64,000 bases of DNA from Bradymonadia bacterium (lineage in GTDB: Bacteria > Myxococcota_A > Bradymonadia > UBA7976 > UBA1532). The stretch covers positions 192,001 to 256,000 of the forward strand of contig JBKAGE010000078.1 of the NCBI GenBank assembly GCA_046290225.1, given 5' to 3'. Positions 9,301 through 19,106 of the stretch are shown in pieces. Positions within the stretch are counted from its first letter, which is position 1, and the number at the start of each line of letters is the position of its first letter. Position numbers and translations under genes: made by a program. The notes below the pieces were generated by a model. That model was not told where the DNA came from. It did no database searches and was given only the letters and a program-made list of their open reading frames with translations.

Positions 9301-10708
9301 AGTAGACGATGGGCTGCAGCTCGCGCTCCGACATGGGGAGCTCGACCTTGTTGCCCTCGTCGTCCCGCATGACGTTGCCCTCGGCGTCCAGCTCATAGCT
9401 GGTCTTGAAGACGCGGTGCACGGTGGCGTTGAACTCGCGGTTCTCATCGATGGTGCCGAGGCGGCGGTCGTAGCCGAAGCGCTCGGTGCGGAAGTAGCCG
9501 AAGCGACCGAACTGCTCCTCGGTGACCACGCTGCGGCAGTCGTTCTCGAGGTCGAGCCAGTCGGGGGAGATGACGCCGTCGAGGTACTCCTTCAGCGCGG
9601 GGGTACAGGCGAAGTCCACGAGCAGAGCGGTGCACTCGCCGGCCATGCAGGCGCGGCCCGGGCCACACTGGTCGTTGCTCTCGCACTGCTCGGCGCAGAT
9701 GCCGCTGTCACCCTGGATGATGCAGGTGGCGTCCTCACCACACTGCACGGGGGTGTCACAGCTCTCGCCGAGGTTGCGCACGCTGGTGGCGTTGGCCTCG
9801 ATGGCGAAGATGGTGTCCACGGGCAGGCCGATGGTGCGCACCTTGCGCTTGTTCTCGTCACGGGCCTCGACGATGTCGGCATAGTCCCGGGGCTGGAACT
9901 TTTCGATGTCGTTGGGGTTCACCCGGTGGAACGAGTGCCGCAGCCGGACCTCGCCGGTGCCGCAGTTGAAGTTCCCGTAGGTGAAGTAGCAGTTGTAGGT
10001 CAGATCTTGAATCGTGTAGGTCTGCGTGATCTGGATGTAATCATCGGTGACGATGAGCGCATCAGGATCGAAGGTCTCGGTCTCGCGAACGAAGTCCTTG
10101 CTGCCGCCGTTGGCGTCGAAGCTCAACACGAAGTCCATGTAACCGGTGAAGTCGGACCCGCTGTTGATCGACGTCGGCGAGGCCCAGTCCACCCGAACAT
10201 AGTCACGCTCGTACCAGGGACGATCGCTGGTGTTCTCGGAGATGACGTTCGACCGCTCACCGGTGGTGGCGTTGTACTCACGGATGATGTCGAAGTAGTT
10301 CACCGGCCAGCCGATGACCGGATCACCCTGAAGCTCGCCGCCAGGCAGGGCCTCATCTTCGTTGAGCCCGGGGACCGACTCGTAGAGCCGGCGCACCTCG
10401 AGACCACCGTTGGTGAAGTCGAACTTCACCTTCTCCAGGTTGCCTTCGAGGCCCTGGAAGACGATGTCGGCCACCTCGGGGGCAACCTCGACCACCGTCT
10501 GACGGTAGTACCACTCACCCTCGAACATGCTCTTCTGCTGATAGTGGGGCTGCACCTTGTTGATGTCTTCAACAGGCTCAGCACACCCGAAGCCCATGAC
10601 GGTCAACATGGCCATGGACAGAGTGATGCGCCTCATCGGGGCTCCCTCTCGAAACGTGCTCGCGCCCTCATCGAGGGGGGCGGATTGAAAGGTCTTGAAC
10701 CAGTTCAT
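6365..10708 (-). CDS. Large zinc-dependent metallopeptidase lipoprotein (metzincin, EcxA/DUF4953-like), paralog 2, with Cys-rich insert
   Basis: HEIGHTVGLTH (HExxHxxGxxH, 8072-8104), Met-turn SIMDYG, lipobox GFGC. Start is either 10708 (AGGAGG SD) or 10636 (GAGGGAG SD). Confidence 0.85.
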   Translation of the reverse strand: MNWFKTFQSAPLDEGASTFREGAPMRRITLSMAMLTVMGFGCAEPVEDINKVQPHYQQKSMFEGEWYYRQTVVEVAPEVADIVFQGLEGNLEKVKFDFTNGGLEVRRLYESVPGLNEDEALPGGELQGDPVIGWPVNYFDIIREYNATTGERSNVISENTSDRPWYERDYVRVDWASPTSINSGSDFTGYMDFVLSFDANGGSKDFVRETETFDPDALIVTDDYIQITQTYTIQDLTYNCYFTYGNFNCGTGEVRLRHSFHRVNPNDIEKFQPRDYADIVEARDENKRKVRTIGLPVDTIFAIEANATSVRNLGESCDTPVQCGEDATCIIQGDSGICAEQCESNDQCGPGRACMAGECTALLVDFACTPALKEYLDGVISPDWLDLENDCRSVVTEEQFGRFGYFRTERFGYDRRLGTIDENREFNATVHRVFKTSYELDAEGNVMRDDEGNKVELPMSERELQPIVYYLNVEYPEDLKALTVEIGQDWNEAYMAGAMSATGKSREEIESQLAADYEASGDFGIFLTGDYDQRALFQIRENNCSYAGVQRYLGLYPEMESVVEEATYGEGLKEDSPTKMFIRTCSGLRNESVKRGLAQSFEWQQVGDVRYSYVYWVNEDQAGGPLGFGPSSKDPETGEIISGNAYVYGAAVDRYARYAADIVLAINDDEYVGGLISGESYNNWVDDTPNVAGQPQFLTADLQDEVRRRMGSQRLDEGFDPITQLTQKLNPAMAMEFAKGRLGDNSASFMEAGGAIADEAQVRLDRAKADPRMRSLLLTDSDLILAEKLKGPGMEDIDVEDLAMDIALQPGRLREQLQGRDKFFMDRNMYLPEFMDDSVIGLALSLRGEDPEVIYQTLRREIYKAVMLHEIGHTVGLTHNFASSFDSLNYQDEYWQIRQNVDPAEWKNERLPEYQYGSIMDYGGRFHSDTKGLGKYDYAAVKFGYFRQVEAWDENVVPKVVYYAPFISNLIHGFEHLPSLFGGSENFNARKDVLFDDLLQQRVDGVLRNTEMLTGNRRINADEWWIDRTVPYEYCADIYNGNLTCRTWDEGANHTEAVASAIQNYWNYYMFNNYRRGRTEFSFINGFFGRQSRLQAYLTYPFRFYYFYQYSELYLEQDMLQSVVLGLNFISQVLGIPEPGRYCLSADENVYMPAGFMDREACEADSIEIAEGVGRKQNIEFSDQYLGYVDYIGTYYDKANFLLSMFDTSSLFFRAWLGDSRRFSIGYYRTFRPEIVNLIRDMVFSMLGDREATSFNSAISQDGVVPPRLIDYNTFGTGLAPETEGMPRLQSGLPYSIAWRGLLMSAVFNTSTYDAKNDFVEYITVIEAGSGEDRQFVEGTPVATFVHPTTGLTYKAPETYEGGSISFELLTRAQAYVDGEWTAAFDAWQETLPSEDENGEVVIPEFTDAEIAARLSDYQEAERRLGEMVDLMSDLRYLRKVVGHTTD

Positions 10709-10722
10709 CTTCTCTCCTCCTC

Positions 10723-13700
10723 TCAGCGGGTGACGGGGTTGTGCAGTTCGTCGATGACCCGAGTGAAGAACCGCATGTCGTCCATGAGCTCCACGAACTC
10801 GAGGAGTTCCTCGGTCTGCTGCTCGAGCAGCTCACGACGGGCGGGATCGCTGGGGTCTTGATCGTAGCTGTTCTTCGCGGGCTGCCAGTCGTTCGCCAGT
10901 CGGCGGTTGGCCTGCAACACCAGGTCGTAGGCCACCGACAGGCCGTCGGTGGTCTGTACGGCCTCGTAGATGGCGCCGTTCAGAGGGTTCTCGAAGGTGG
11001 CCACCTCGACCACATCGCGGTCGATCTCGGCACCGTCGATGGAGCCCTGCTCGAAGATACGAATGTAGTTCACGAAGTCGGTCTGACGGTCGTTGGTGCT
11101 CGTGGCGAGGACCGTGGCGTAGAACATGGTGTTCTGCAGGATGTCGTAGGACATGCGACCGTAGACCAGAGGCGCGTTGGCCATGGCGTCGGCGTTGGGA
11201 TCTTCCAGGTTGAAGTTCTCCGCGCTCACCAGCGGGCTCGGGGTGACCACGCCCTTGTTGTCGACGCGGTTGTAGAACCCGAAGGTGCCCACGAAGCCCT
11301 GACCAGCAAACAACATGTCACGCACCAGGTTCACCAGCTCGGGGCGGAACGACCGGTAGTAGTTGATGCTGAAGCGGCGCTCGTCGCTCTCGTCGCCCCA
11401 CCGGAAGAACCGGGTGTTGGAGTCGAAGAGATGGAAGACGATGCTGGACTTGTCGTAGTAGGTGCCCAGGTAGTCGATGTTGTAGAAGTACTGGTCATCG
11501 AAATCGAGGCTGAAGTCACGGCCGAGGCCGAGGCCGACGTCGATGCCCTTGGGGTACCCGTTGGTGTTCAGGTCGTCGGTGCAGTCGAAGGGATCGATGA
11601 GCCCGGTGAACCCGTTGGGGAAGTACTGGTTGAACTGGCTGCTGTAGCAGTAGCGGCCCGGCTCGGGGGTGGCGAGCACCTGCTGAACGAAGTTCAAGCC
11701 GATGAGTGACGCCTGGAGCAGATCCTCGGGCAGGTCGAAGCCGGCCTCGTACACCTCGGGGTTATCGTAGGCGTAGTAGAACTGGTAGAAGTTCCAGGGG
11801 TACACGAGGTACTCGGCGAGACGCGCCTGACGGCCGAAGTAGCCGTTGATGAAGGAGTACTCGTTGCGGCCCCGGCGGTAGTTGTTGAACAGGAAGTAGT
11901 TCCAGTAACGCTGAATCGCCGACTCCACCGCCTCGGTGTGAGAGGGGCCGTCGTCCCAGGTACGGCACCACAGGTCACCGCGGTACTCGTCAGAGCAGAA
12001 GTAATAGGGCACGACGCGGTCCCACCAGTAATCGGTGACGGCGCGATCGGGGTTCTCCACGAAGAGCTCGGCGTTGCGCACGATGCCCTCGGCACGATCG
12101 GCCATGACGTCGTCCACGCCGACATCGGTGCGGCGGTTGAAGTTGTCGGTGGAGCCCATCAGCTCGGGCAGCTTGGTGTAGCTGGTCATCTCCCGCACAG
12201 CCTTGAAGTTCGGCGGCACGGTGACATCGTCTTCGAAGGCCTCGAGCTTGCCGCCGTACACCATCTTGATGGCGGCGGTGTCGTACTTGCCAAGGCCCTT
12301 GGTGTCGGAGTTGAAGCGGCTGCCGTAATCCATGATGGAGGCGTAGCGGTACTCAGGGGAGCGAGCCTCGAAGCGCTGGCGGCGGTTGGCGGCGGTGGCC
12401 GCGGCGTCGCCCTCGACGTCGGGGTACTGGGCCCGGATGTCCCAGTACTCGTCCTGGTAGTTCAAGGCGTCGAAGCTGGCCTTGAAGTTGTGGCGCAGAC
12501 CGACGGTGTGGCCGATCTCGTGCAGCTGCACGGCCAAATAGATCTCCTCGCGGAGCTGACGCCACAGGGTCTCGGCGTCGAGATCCTTGAGGGCGAGCGC
12601 CTGACCGACGATGGCGTCATCGAGGAAGCTGGCCATGTACACGTTGTGCTCGGCGAGGAACGCGTTGCGCGCCTCACGGGCCTCGTTGAACTTGGCGGGG
12701 TTGGTCACCATGTCGAAGGCCATCTTCGACATCTCTTCGGAGACGTCGTCACCGGGGGACCAGTTGAAGAAGGGCGAGACCAGGGCGAGCATCTGGGGCG
12801 TCACCAGACGGGCGCGGATCTCGGGATCCTCGCGGAGCTGCTCGAGCATCTGCTGGCCGCTGCTCACGGGGCTGAGCACAGCCTGACCGAAGGGGTCATT
12901 CTGGCTGGGGTTCTTCACGCGATCCCGCATGTGGCGCATCATCGCCGCGGGGTTGAAGGTGCCGTCGGCGGCGACGAACTTGCGGAAGCCGGGGATGTCG
13001 GTGGTGCCGATGCGGGCCTGAATGGCCTGCTTCAACGCCGGGGTCATCTCCACCCGCAGGCCGGACTCGGTGGTGCCCTGCTGGTTCTCGATCCACTCGA
13101 GGTAGCTGATGCCCTCACGCAGGTCGAGGGGGAGGAAGCCCTCCTCACCGTTGAGGGCCAGCACGGTGTCGGCGGCGCTGCGGGCGTAGCTGTCGACGGC
13201 GGCGCCGTAGACGTGGGCGTTGCCTGACATGATCTGGCCAGTGAGAGGATCGGCGCTGGAGGGGCCATAGCCCAAGGGGCCCACAGGCTGGGACTCGTTC
13301 ACCCACACCACGTAGCTGTTGCGGGGATCACCGAGCTGCTGCCACTGGAAGATGTCCTCCTTGGCGTAGTTCCACTCGGTGGAGAAGTAGTTCAGCCCGG
13401 AGCAGACGCGCTCGAGGTTGCCGGGGAGCACCCCCTGCCCTTCGCTGGCGTCGGCCACGACCTGCTCCATGGCAGGGAAGCGCTCGACGTAGTCGGCGAT
13501 GCCGTCGGCGGAGCAGGTGTTCTCACGGATCACGTAGAGGTGGCGATCACCGTAGCGGGCCTCGAGATCGGCCTCGATGTCGCTGCGGCTGCGGCCGGTT
13601 GCGGCCATGGCGGCGGCCATGAAGGTGTCGTTCCAGTCCTCCATGAGCTTGTGGGTGACGGAGATGGTGTTGCCGTCACGATCCTGCCAGAGGCCTTCGA

Positions 13701-14856
13701 TCTGGGGGGTCCAGAGATCCTCGGGGTAGCCCACGTTCGTGTAGTAGACGATGGGGCGCAGTTGGCGGTCGGCCATGGGGATCAGGTTGCCCTCGTCATC
13801 TTTGACGCGCTCCCACATACGGTGGTGGTTGGCGTAGTAGCGACGGGTGAGATCGTGGCCGGGCTCGAGGCGCCGATCGTACACGGTACGCTCGGTGCGG
13901 AAGAAGCCGAACTGCGTGTGCATGTCGACCTGCAGGTCGCGGCAGTCACGTTCGGTGAGGTTGGGGTTGCGCGTGGCGAGGGTGTCGAGGACCTCGGGGG
14001 TACAGGCCACGTCGATCATCTGGTCGCCGGCGCCCACGGTGATGTAGCGCAGGCGGTTGCCCTCGGCGTCACGGAGCAGCACGCGATCCTGGTACTGCAC
14101 GGGCTCGAAGAGCTGATCTTCAGTCTCGGTGTCGATCTTCACGAAAGCGCTGCGCACACCGATCTCGGTGGGGCCACAGGTGAGATCGCCGTAGAGAGGC
14201 TGGCCGTAGTTCACGAGACAGCCGAAGCCGCCATCAGACGCCATGAAGCGGTTGGTGAACATGATGGCGTCATCTTCGATGCGAATGCGCCGGGGGTCGA
14301 AGGGGTCGTACTCGTCGGAGACATACTCGGCGGCGGCGCCGTTGGCCCGCATCATGCCGTCGAAGTCCACCTGGGAGCTGATCATGTTGGTGGACCAGTC
14401 CACCCGGATGTAGTCGCGCTCGTGCCAGGGACGCAGCGACTCGTCCTCGACGAGCACGTTCGACTGACCACCTGTCTGCTCATTGAACTGACGGATGATG
14501 TCGAAGTGCTTGGTGATCTGGTAAGCCGCCACGGGCTCACCGAGGAAGTCCTCGCGCTCCGGGAGATCGTTGGCGTTGAGGCCAGGTACAGCCTCGTAAG
14601 ATTTCCGGGCGACGAGCTGGTCTTCCCGAATCTCCCAACGAATCCGCTCGAAACCGGCCTCGAGGCCCACGAAGGCCATGGCGGTCTCTGGGGGAACGTC
14701 CACGACGGTCTGGCGGAAATACCAGTCGCCGGAGAATTGTTGCTTCTCAACGTAATCGGGCTGAACCCGGTTGACGTCTTTGACCTCTTCGCCACACCCA
14801 AGGGTGAAGAGTGAAGCGGCGATCATTGCTGCCCCGAGCTTTCGGCTCAAGTGCAT
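10723..14856 (-). CDS. Large zinc-dependent metallopeptidase lipoprotein (metzincin, EcxA/DUF4953-like), paralog 1
   Basis: Lipobox TLGC; HEIGHTVGLRH (12490-12522); SIMDYG; colinear with the downstream paralog (WYxRQTVV, RPWxERDYxRVDW, FGxFRTER, YWNYxxFNNYRRGR). Confidence 0.87.
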   Translation of the reverse strand: MHLSRKLGAAMIAASLFTLGCGEEVKDVNRVQPDYVEKQQFSGDWYFRQTVVDVPPETAMAFVGLEAGFERIRWEIREDQLVARKSYEAVPGLNANDLPEREDFLGEPVAAYQITKHFDIIRQFNEQTGGQSNVLVEDESLRPWHERDYIRVDWSTNMISSQVDFDGMMRANGAAAEYVSDEYDPFDPRRIRIEDDAIMFTNRFMASDGGFGCLVNYGQPLYGDLTCGPTEIGVRSAFVKIDTETEDQLFEPVQYQDRVLLRDAEGNRLRYITVGAGDQMIDVACTPEVLDTLATRNPNLTERDCRDLQVDMHTQFGFFRTERTVYDRRLEPGHDLTRRYYANHHRMWERVKDDEGNLIPMADRQLRPIVYYTNVGYPEDLWTPQIEGLWQDRDGNTISVTHKLMEDWNDTFMAAAMAATGRSRSDIEADLEARYGDRHLYVIRENTCSADGIADYVERFPAMEQVVADASEGQGVLPGNLERVCSGLNYFSTEWNYAKEDIFQWQQLGDPRNSYVVWVNESQPVGPLGYGPSSADPLTGQIMSGNAHVYGAAVDSYARSAADTVLALNGEEGFLPLDLREGISYLEWIENQQGTTESGLRVEMTPALKQAIQARIGTTDIPGFRKFVAADGTFNPAAMMRHMRDRVKNPSQNDPFGQAVLSPVSSGQQMLEQLREDPEIRARLVTPQMLALVSPFFNWSPGDDVSEEMSKMAFDMVTNPAKFNEAREARNAFLAEHNVYMASFLDDAIVGQALALKDLDAETLWRQLREEIYLAVQLHEIGHTVGLRHNFKASFDALNYQDEYWDIRAQYPDVEGDAAATAANRRQRFEARSPEYRYASIMDYGSRFNSDTKGLGKYDTAAIKMVYGGKLEAFEDDVTVPPNFKAVREMTSYTKLPELMGSTDNFNRRTDVGVDDVMADRAEGIVRNAELFVENPDRAVTDYWWDRVVPYYFCSDEYRGDLWCRTWDDGPSHTEAVESAIQRYWNYFLFNNYRRGRNEYSFINGYFGRQARLAEYLVYPWNFYQFYYAYDNPEVYEAGFDLPEDLLQASLIGLNFVQQVLATPEPGRYCYSSQFNQYFPNGFTGLIDPFDCTDDLNTNGYPKGIDVGLGLGRDFSLDFDDQYFYNIDYLGTYYDKSSIVFHLFDSNTRFFRWGDESDERRFSINYYRSFRPELVNLVRDMLFAGQGFVGTFGFYNRVDNKGVVTPSPLVSAENFNLEDPNADAMANAPLVYGRMSYDILQNTMFYATVLATSTNDRQTDFVNYIRIFEQGSIDGAEIDRDVVEVATFENPLNGAIYEAVQTTDGLSVAYDLVLQANRRLANDWQPAKNSYDQDPSDPARRELLEQQTEELLEFVELMDDMRFFTRVIDELHNPVTR

Positions 14857-14989
14857 GTGACAACCCCTCTCGATCCCCGAACCAGGCGCTTCATGCAGCC
14901 CTTCGGAAGATCAGCTCAGTACGAAACTACTTATGGGCAAACGGCCGTGCGCGGACTGACGCCACGACGCACTACTCGCGTGATAATCC

Positions 14990-15004
14990 GCAAAGCCCGT
15001 GCCA
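14990..15004 (-). promoter_or_regulatory. Sigma54 -24/-12 promoter for the metallopeptidase pair
   Basis: Minus strand TGGCACGGGCTTTGC matches TGGCAC-N5-TTGC with exact spacing, 134 bp upstream of ATG 14856, with AT-rich DNA upstream. Confidence 0.8.
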
Positions 15005-15022
15005 TTGTTACAAACATTTAAA

Positions 15023-15035
15023 GCAAGTGACTTGC
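15023..15035. promoter_or_regulatory. Palindromic candidate operator GCAAGT-G-ACTTGC
   Basis: Perfect 6-1-6 inverted repeat ~20 bp upstream of the sigma54 -24 box. Confidence 0.35.
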
Positions 15036-15183
15036 ATTTGGAGACGATCGACGGTAGACCGTGATAATCGTCAGGAATCTTTAAGTCCGCTGTGATCTGC
15101 AGCGCGCAAAAACCTCTGCAGGGTGACGATGTGCGTAAATGCACGCCACCAGCACAGAGGTCCCGCCAGAGCATCACATCGAT

Positions 15184-15660
15184 TTATTCGAATTCGACCT
15201 CAACGATCTCGTACTCGCGCACACCGCCAGGAGAGCGCACCTTCACGTCATCGCCGACCTCGGCGGTGATGAGAGCGCGGGCGAGAGGCGAGGTCACTGA
15301 CACCCGGCCTTTTTTCACATCGGCCTCGGCCTCACCGACAATCTGGAACGTCTGCTCTTTGTCAGCCTCGATGTCGAGGATGGTCACCGTGGCTCCGAAG
15401 ACCACACGATCACCTGACAGCTTGGAGGGATCGATCACCTCGGCCCGAGCGAGCCGATCTTCGAGCACATTGATGTTGGCCTCGAGGATGCCCTGCTTCT
15501 CTTTGGCAGCCTCATAGTCGGCGTTCTCCCGCAGATCGCCGTGGCCTCGGGCGATCTCGATCTCCCGGGCCACCTCCTGACGGTCGGCGGTCTTCATCTT
15601 CTTCAGCTCGGCCTTGAGGCGCTCATAGCCCTTGAGCGTGATGGGCAGCTTGTCGCTCAT
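15184..15660 (-). CDS. greA: Transcription elongation factor GreA
   Basis: ARGHGDLRENADYEAAK, VVFGATV, SVTSPLARAL; carB-greA synteny. Confidence 0.97.
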   Translation of the reverse strand: MSDKLPITLKGYERLKAELKKMKTADRQEVAREIEIARGHGDLRENADYEAAKEKQGILEANINVLEDRLARAEVIDPSKLSGDRVVFGATVTILDIEADKEQTFQIVGEAEADVKKGRVSVTSPLARALITAEVGDDVKVRSPGGVREYEIVEVEFE

Positions 15661-15807
15661 CGTGATCCCATATCGTATTGTCTGGATAAGTGGCCGCCCT
15701 CAGTGAGCAGCAATCCGGCATCATGAAGGAAAAGGTAGGCGCTTGACCAGAGGTTTACCGCTGACCAACGCGGGCGTCATAGCCGATGGCTTCTCGACGC
15801 ATAACTC

Positions 15808-18800
15808 TCAGAGGTTGTGATGTGCCTGCAGGGACTTCACACCGATGTCGGCACGGGCGAGGCTCTCGAGCGCCCGAACAGCGGCCTCGGCGCCGCGGAG
15901 GGTGGTGTAGTAGGCCACGCGGTTGCGCAACGCGGCCACTCGCAGGTTGCGGACGTTCCGCACCCCAGCAGGATCGCGGGCTGTGCACAAGACGAGTTGG
16001 ACCTCCTTGGCCCGAATCGCCGCCACAGCACGATCCCCCTCCCCTTCCGCCACAGGGCTCACTGGCACCCCTGCGACCCCGAGGGCTTCAGCGTCGGCGG
16101 GGACAGCCATGAGGGTGAACCCGATCTCTACGAGGCGGCGGCCGAGATCGACGAAGGCCGGACGATCGACGGTGGCCGCAGCCATGAGGACCACACCAGA
16201 GGTGGGCAGCTGCGTCGAAGCCGCGAGCTGGCTCTTGGCAAAGGCCACCTCGAAGTCGTCGCCGATGCCCATGACCTCGCCGGTGGACTTCATCTCGGGT
16301 CCGAGCACGGTGTCGACGCCCCCGAACTTCACGAAGGGCAGCACCGCCTCCTTCACGCTCACGTGGGTGGGCACCACCTTCTCGGTGAAGCCCAGCTCGG
16401 TGAGCTTCTCCCCAGCCATGGCCCGGGCGCCAAGCTTGGCCAGGGGTACCCCGATGGCCTTGCTGACGAAGGGCACGGTCCGGCTCGCCCGGGGGTTCAC
16501 CTCGAGCAAGTACACGACCCCGTCGCCCTGACCATCAAGCTGCACGGCGAACTGGATGTTCATGAGACCGATGACCCCAAGTTCGAGGGCCAGGGCGTGG
16601 GCCTGACGCTCGACCTCATCGATGACCTTCTGGGGCACTGAGTACGGCGGCAGACTGCAGGCGGAATCGCCGCTGTGCACACCGGCTTCTTCGACATGCT
16701 CCATGATGCCACCCACCACCACGGTCTCACCGTCGGCGATGCAGTCCACGTCGAGCTCGATGGCGCCGGCGACGAAGCGGTCGATGAGCACGGGGTGATC
16801 CGGGCTCACCTTCACCGCCTCGCGCATGTAGCGCCGCAGGCCCTCTTCGTCGTTCACCCGCTCCATGGCCCGCCCGCCGAGCACATAGGAGGGACGAACC
16901 ACCACGGGGTAGCTCACCCGATCGGCGATCTCCACGGCCTCTTCCACGCTGCGGGCGATGCCGTTGGCGGGTTGCTTGAGGCCGAGCTTGTCGAGCATGG
17001 CCTTGAAGCGCTCCCGATCTTCGGCACGGTCGATGGCGTCGGGGGTGGTGCCCAGGATCGGCACGCCGGCCTTCTCAAGGGGCACCGCCAGCTTCAGCGG
17101 GGTCTGGCCGCCGTACTGCACGATGATGCCCTTGGGCTGCTCGCGCTGGATGATGGACAGGGTGTCTTCGTAGGTGAGCGGCTCGAAGTAGAGACGATCG
17201 CTCGTATCGTAGTCGGTGCTCACCGTCTCGGGGTTGCAGTTGACCATGATGGTCTCGTACCCGGCCTCGCTCAGGGCGAAGGCGGCGTGCACACAGCAGT
17301 AGTCGAACTCGATCCCCTGGCCGATGCGGTTGGGGCCACCACCGAGGATCACCACCTTGGGTCGATCCGTGGGCAGCGCCTCGTCCTCCTGCTCGTACGT
17401 CGAATAGAGATAGGGCGTAAAGGCCTCGAACTCCGCGGCGCACGTATCGACCCGCTTGTAGACGGGCTTCACCCCGAGGCCGGTGCGGAGCGTGAACACC
17501 TCGGCCTCGTCGAGGTCGAGCAGCTGCCCGATGCGGCGGTCGCTCAGGCCCAAGCGCTTGGCCCGACGCAGCGTGGCGTAGTCCAAGGCATCTTGGCGGC
17601 CCCGGAACCCCCAAATCTCATCCTCGGCGGCGAGGATGTTCCGGAAGTGCATCAGGTACCAGCGATCGTAGAAGGTGATGTCGTACAGCTCGTCATCGGT
17701 CATGCCTGCCCGCATGGCATCGGCGATGTACCAGGGCCGCTCCGGGTGCGGAATCTTGAGGGCCTCGCGGATCAAGGTACGCGCCTCGGCGATGGCCGGG
17801 TCGTCGGGATCGTTGGCGTGGGCCTGGGCCTCGGTGAGCAGCTGGGGCTCGAGGCCACAGACCCCGGTTTCCATGCTGCGCAGCGCCTTCTGGAAGCTCT
17901 CGGGGAAGCTGCGGCCGATGGCCATGGCCTCACCCACGGACTTCATCTGAGTGCCCAGGATCGGCTCGGCACCGGGGAACTTCTCGAAGGTGAACCGGGG
18001 GATCTTGGTCACCACGTAATCGATGCTGGGCTCGAAGCTCGCCGGGGTCTCACGGGTGATGTCGTTGCGGATCTCGTCGAGGGTGTAGCCCACGGCGAGC
18101 AGGGCGGCGATCTTGGCGATGGGGAACCCGGTGGCCTTCGACGCCAGGGCGGAGCTTCGACTCACCCGGGGGTTCATCTCGATGACCACCACCCGACCGG
18201 TGTCGGGGCAGACACCGAACTGGATGTTGCAGCCCCCGGTGTCGACGCCGATCTCCCGCACACAGGCCACCGAAGCGTCGCGCAGGTACTGGTACTCTTT
18301 GTCGGTGAGGGTCTGAGCCGGGGCCACGGTGATGGAGTCCCCGGTGTGCACGCCCATGGGGTCGAGGTTCTCGATGCTGCAGATGATCACCACGTTGTCG
18401 TTGTGATCCCGCATGACCTCGAGCTCGTACTCCTTCCACCCGATGATGGACTCGTCCACGAGGACCTCGTGGGTGGGCGACACCGTGAGGGCCCACCGAC
18501 CGAACTCCTCGAGCTCGGCGCGATCCCGGGCCACGTTGCCGCCGCTGCCCCCCATGGTGAAGCTGGGGCGCAGAATCACCGGGTAGCCCGTCGTCTCCAC
18601 GATGGTGCGGATGTCTTCCATGGACCGGGCCACGCCGCTTCGGGGCATGTCGAGGCCGATCTTCTCCATGGCCGCCTTGAACAGCTCGCGATCCTCGGCC
18701 TTGTGGATCGACTCCAGGCGGGCGCCGATCATCTCGACGCCGTGCTCTTTGAGGGCCCCCATCTCCGCCAACGCCACCGCAGTGTTGAGGGCGGTCTGGC

Positions 18801-19074
18801 CGCCGAGGGTGGGCAGCAGCGCGTCGGGCTTCTCCTCGGCGATGATCTTCGCCACCACCTCGGGGGTGATGGGCTCCACATAGGTGCGATCAGCGGTCTC
18901 GGGATCAGTCATGATCGTGGCGGGGTTGGAGTTCACCAGCACCACCTCGTAGCCCTCGCCGCGCAGGGCCTTGCACGCCTGGGTGCCGGAGTAGTCGAAC
19001 TCACAGGCCTGGCCGATCACGATGGGGCCGCTGCCGATGATGAGGATCTTGTGGATGTCTGTCCGCTTGGGCAT
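15808..19074 (-). CDS. carB: Carbamoyl-phosphate synthase large subunit
   Basis: MPKRTDI...[17 protein letters not shown], duplicated ATP-grasp domains, [15 protein letters not shown]; divergent C-terminal MGS domain. Confidence 0.98.
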   Translation of the reverse strand: MPKRTDIHKILIIGSGPIVIGQACEFDYSGTQACKALRGEGYEVVLVNSNPATIMTDPETADRTYVEPITPEVVAKIIAEEKPDALLPTLGGQTALNTAVALAEMGALKEHGVEMIGARLESIHKAEDRELFKAAMEKIGLDMPRSGVARSMEDIRTIVETTGYPVILRPSFTMGGSGGNVARDRAELEEFGRWALTVSPTHEVLVDESIIGWKEYELEVMRDHNDNVVIICSIENLDPMGVHTGDSITVAPAQTLTDKEYQYLRDASVACVREIGVDTGGCNIQFGVCPDTGRVVVIEMNPRVSRSSALASKATGFPIAKIAALLAVGYTLDEIRNDITRETPASFEPSIDYVVTKIPRFTFEKFPGAEPILGTQMKSVGEAMAIGRSFPESFQKALRSMETGVCGLEPQLLTEAQAHANDPDDPAIAEARTLIREALKIPHPERPWYIADAMRAGMTDDELYDITFYDRWYLMHFRNILAAEDEIWGFRGRQDALDYATLRRAKRLGLSDRRIGQLLDLDEAEVFTLRTGLGVKPVYKRVDTCAAEFEAFTPYLYSTYEQEDEALPTDRPKVVILGGGPNRIGQGIEFDYCCVHAAFALSEAGYETIMVNCNPETVSTDYDTSDRLYFEPLTYEDTLSIIQREQPKGIIVQYGGQTPLKLAVPLEKAGVPILGTTPDAIDRAEDRERFKAMLDKLGLKQPANGIARSVEEAVEIADRVSYPVVVRPSYVLGGRAMERVNDEEGLRRYMREAVKVSPDHPVLIDRFVAGAIELDVDCIADGETVVVGGIMEHVEEAGVHSGDSACSLPPYSVPQKVIDEVERQAHALALELGVIGLMNIQFAVQLDGQGDGVVYLLEVNPRASRTVPFVSKAIGVPLAKLGARAMAGEKLTELGFTEKVVPTHVSVKEAVLPFVKFGGVDTVLGPEMKSTGEVMGIGDDFEVAFAKSQLAASTQLPTSGVVLMAAATVDRPAFVDLGRRLVEIGFTLMAVPADAEALGVAGVPVSPVAEGEGDRAVAAIRAKEVQLVLCTARDPAGVRNVRNLRVAALRNRVAYYTTLRGAEAAVRALESLARADIGVKSLQAHHNL

Positions 19075-19106
19075 CGCTCAGAGTCCTGCCGTGGGTAGAT
19101 GATTCG

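Noticed and set aside
7547..10861. 1104-aa plus-strand ORF
   Set aside because: Antisense shadow of the metallopeptidase; V/G/A/E-rich with no motifs, as expected from high-GC codon bias.
14979..15069. GATAAT repeats as a Fur box
   Set aside because: Only isolated hexamers 81 bp apart, not the 19-bp inverted arrangement.
16675..19098. 807-aa plus-strand ORF (likewise 4824-6305, 45554-47281, 50452-51951, 62034-62972 and other long antisense ORFs)
   Set aside because: Each lies opposite a clearly identified gene (carB, clpB, yitJ, pckA, rpsK/rpsM) and has no recognisable motifs.
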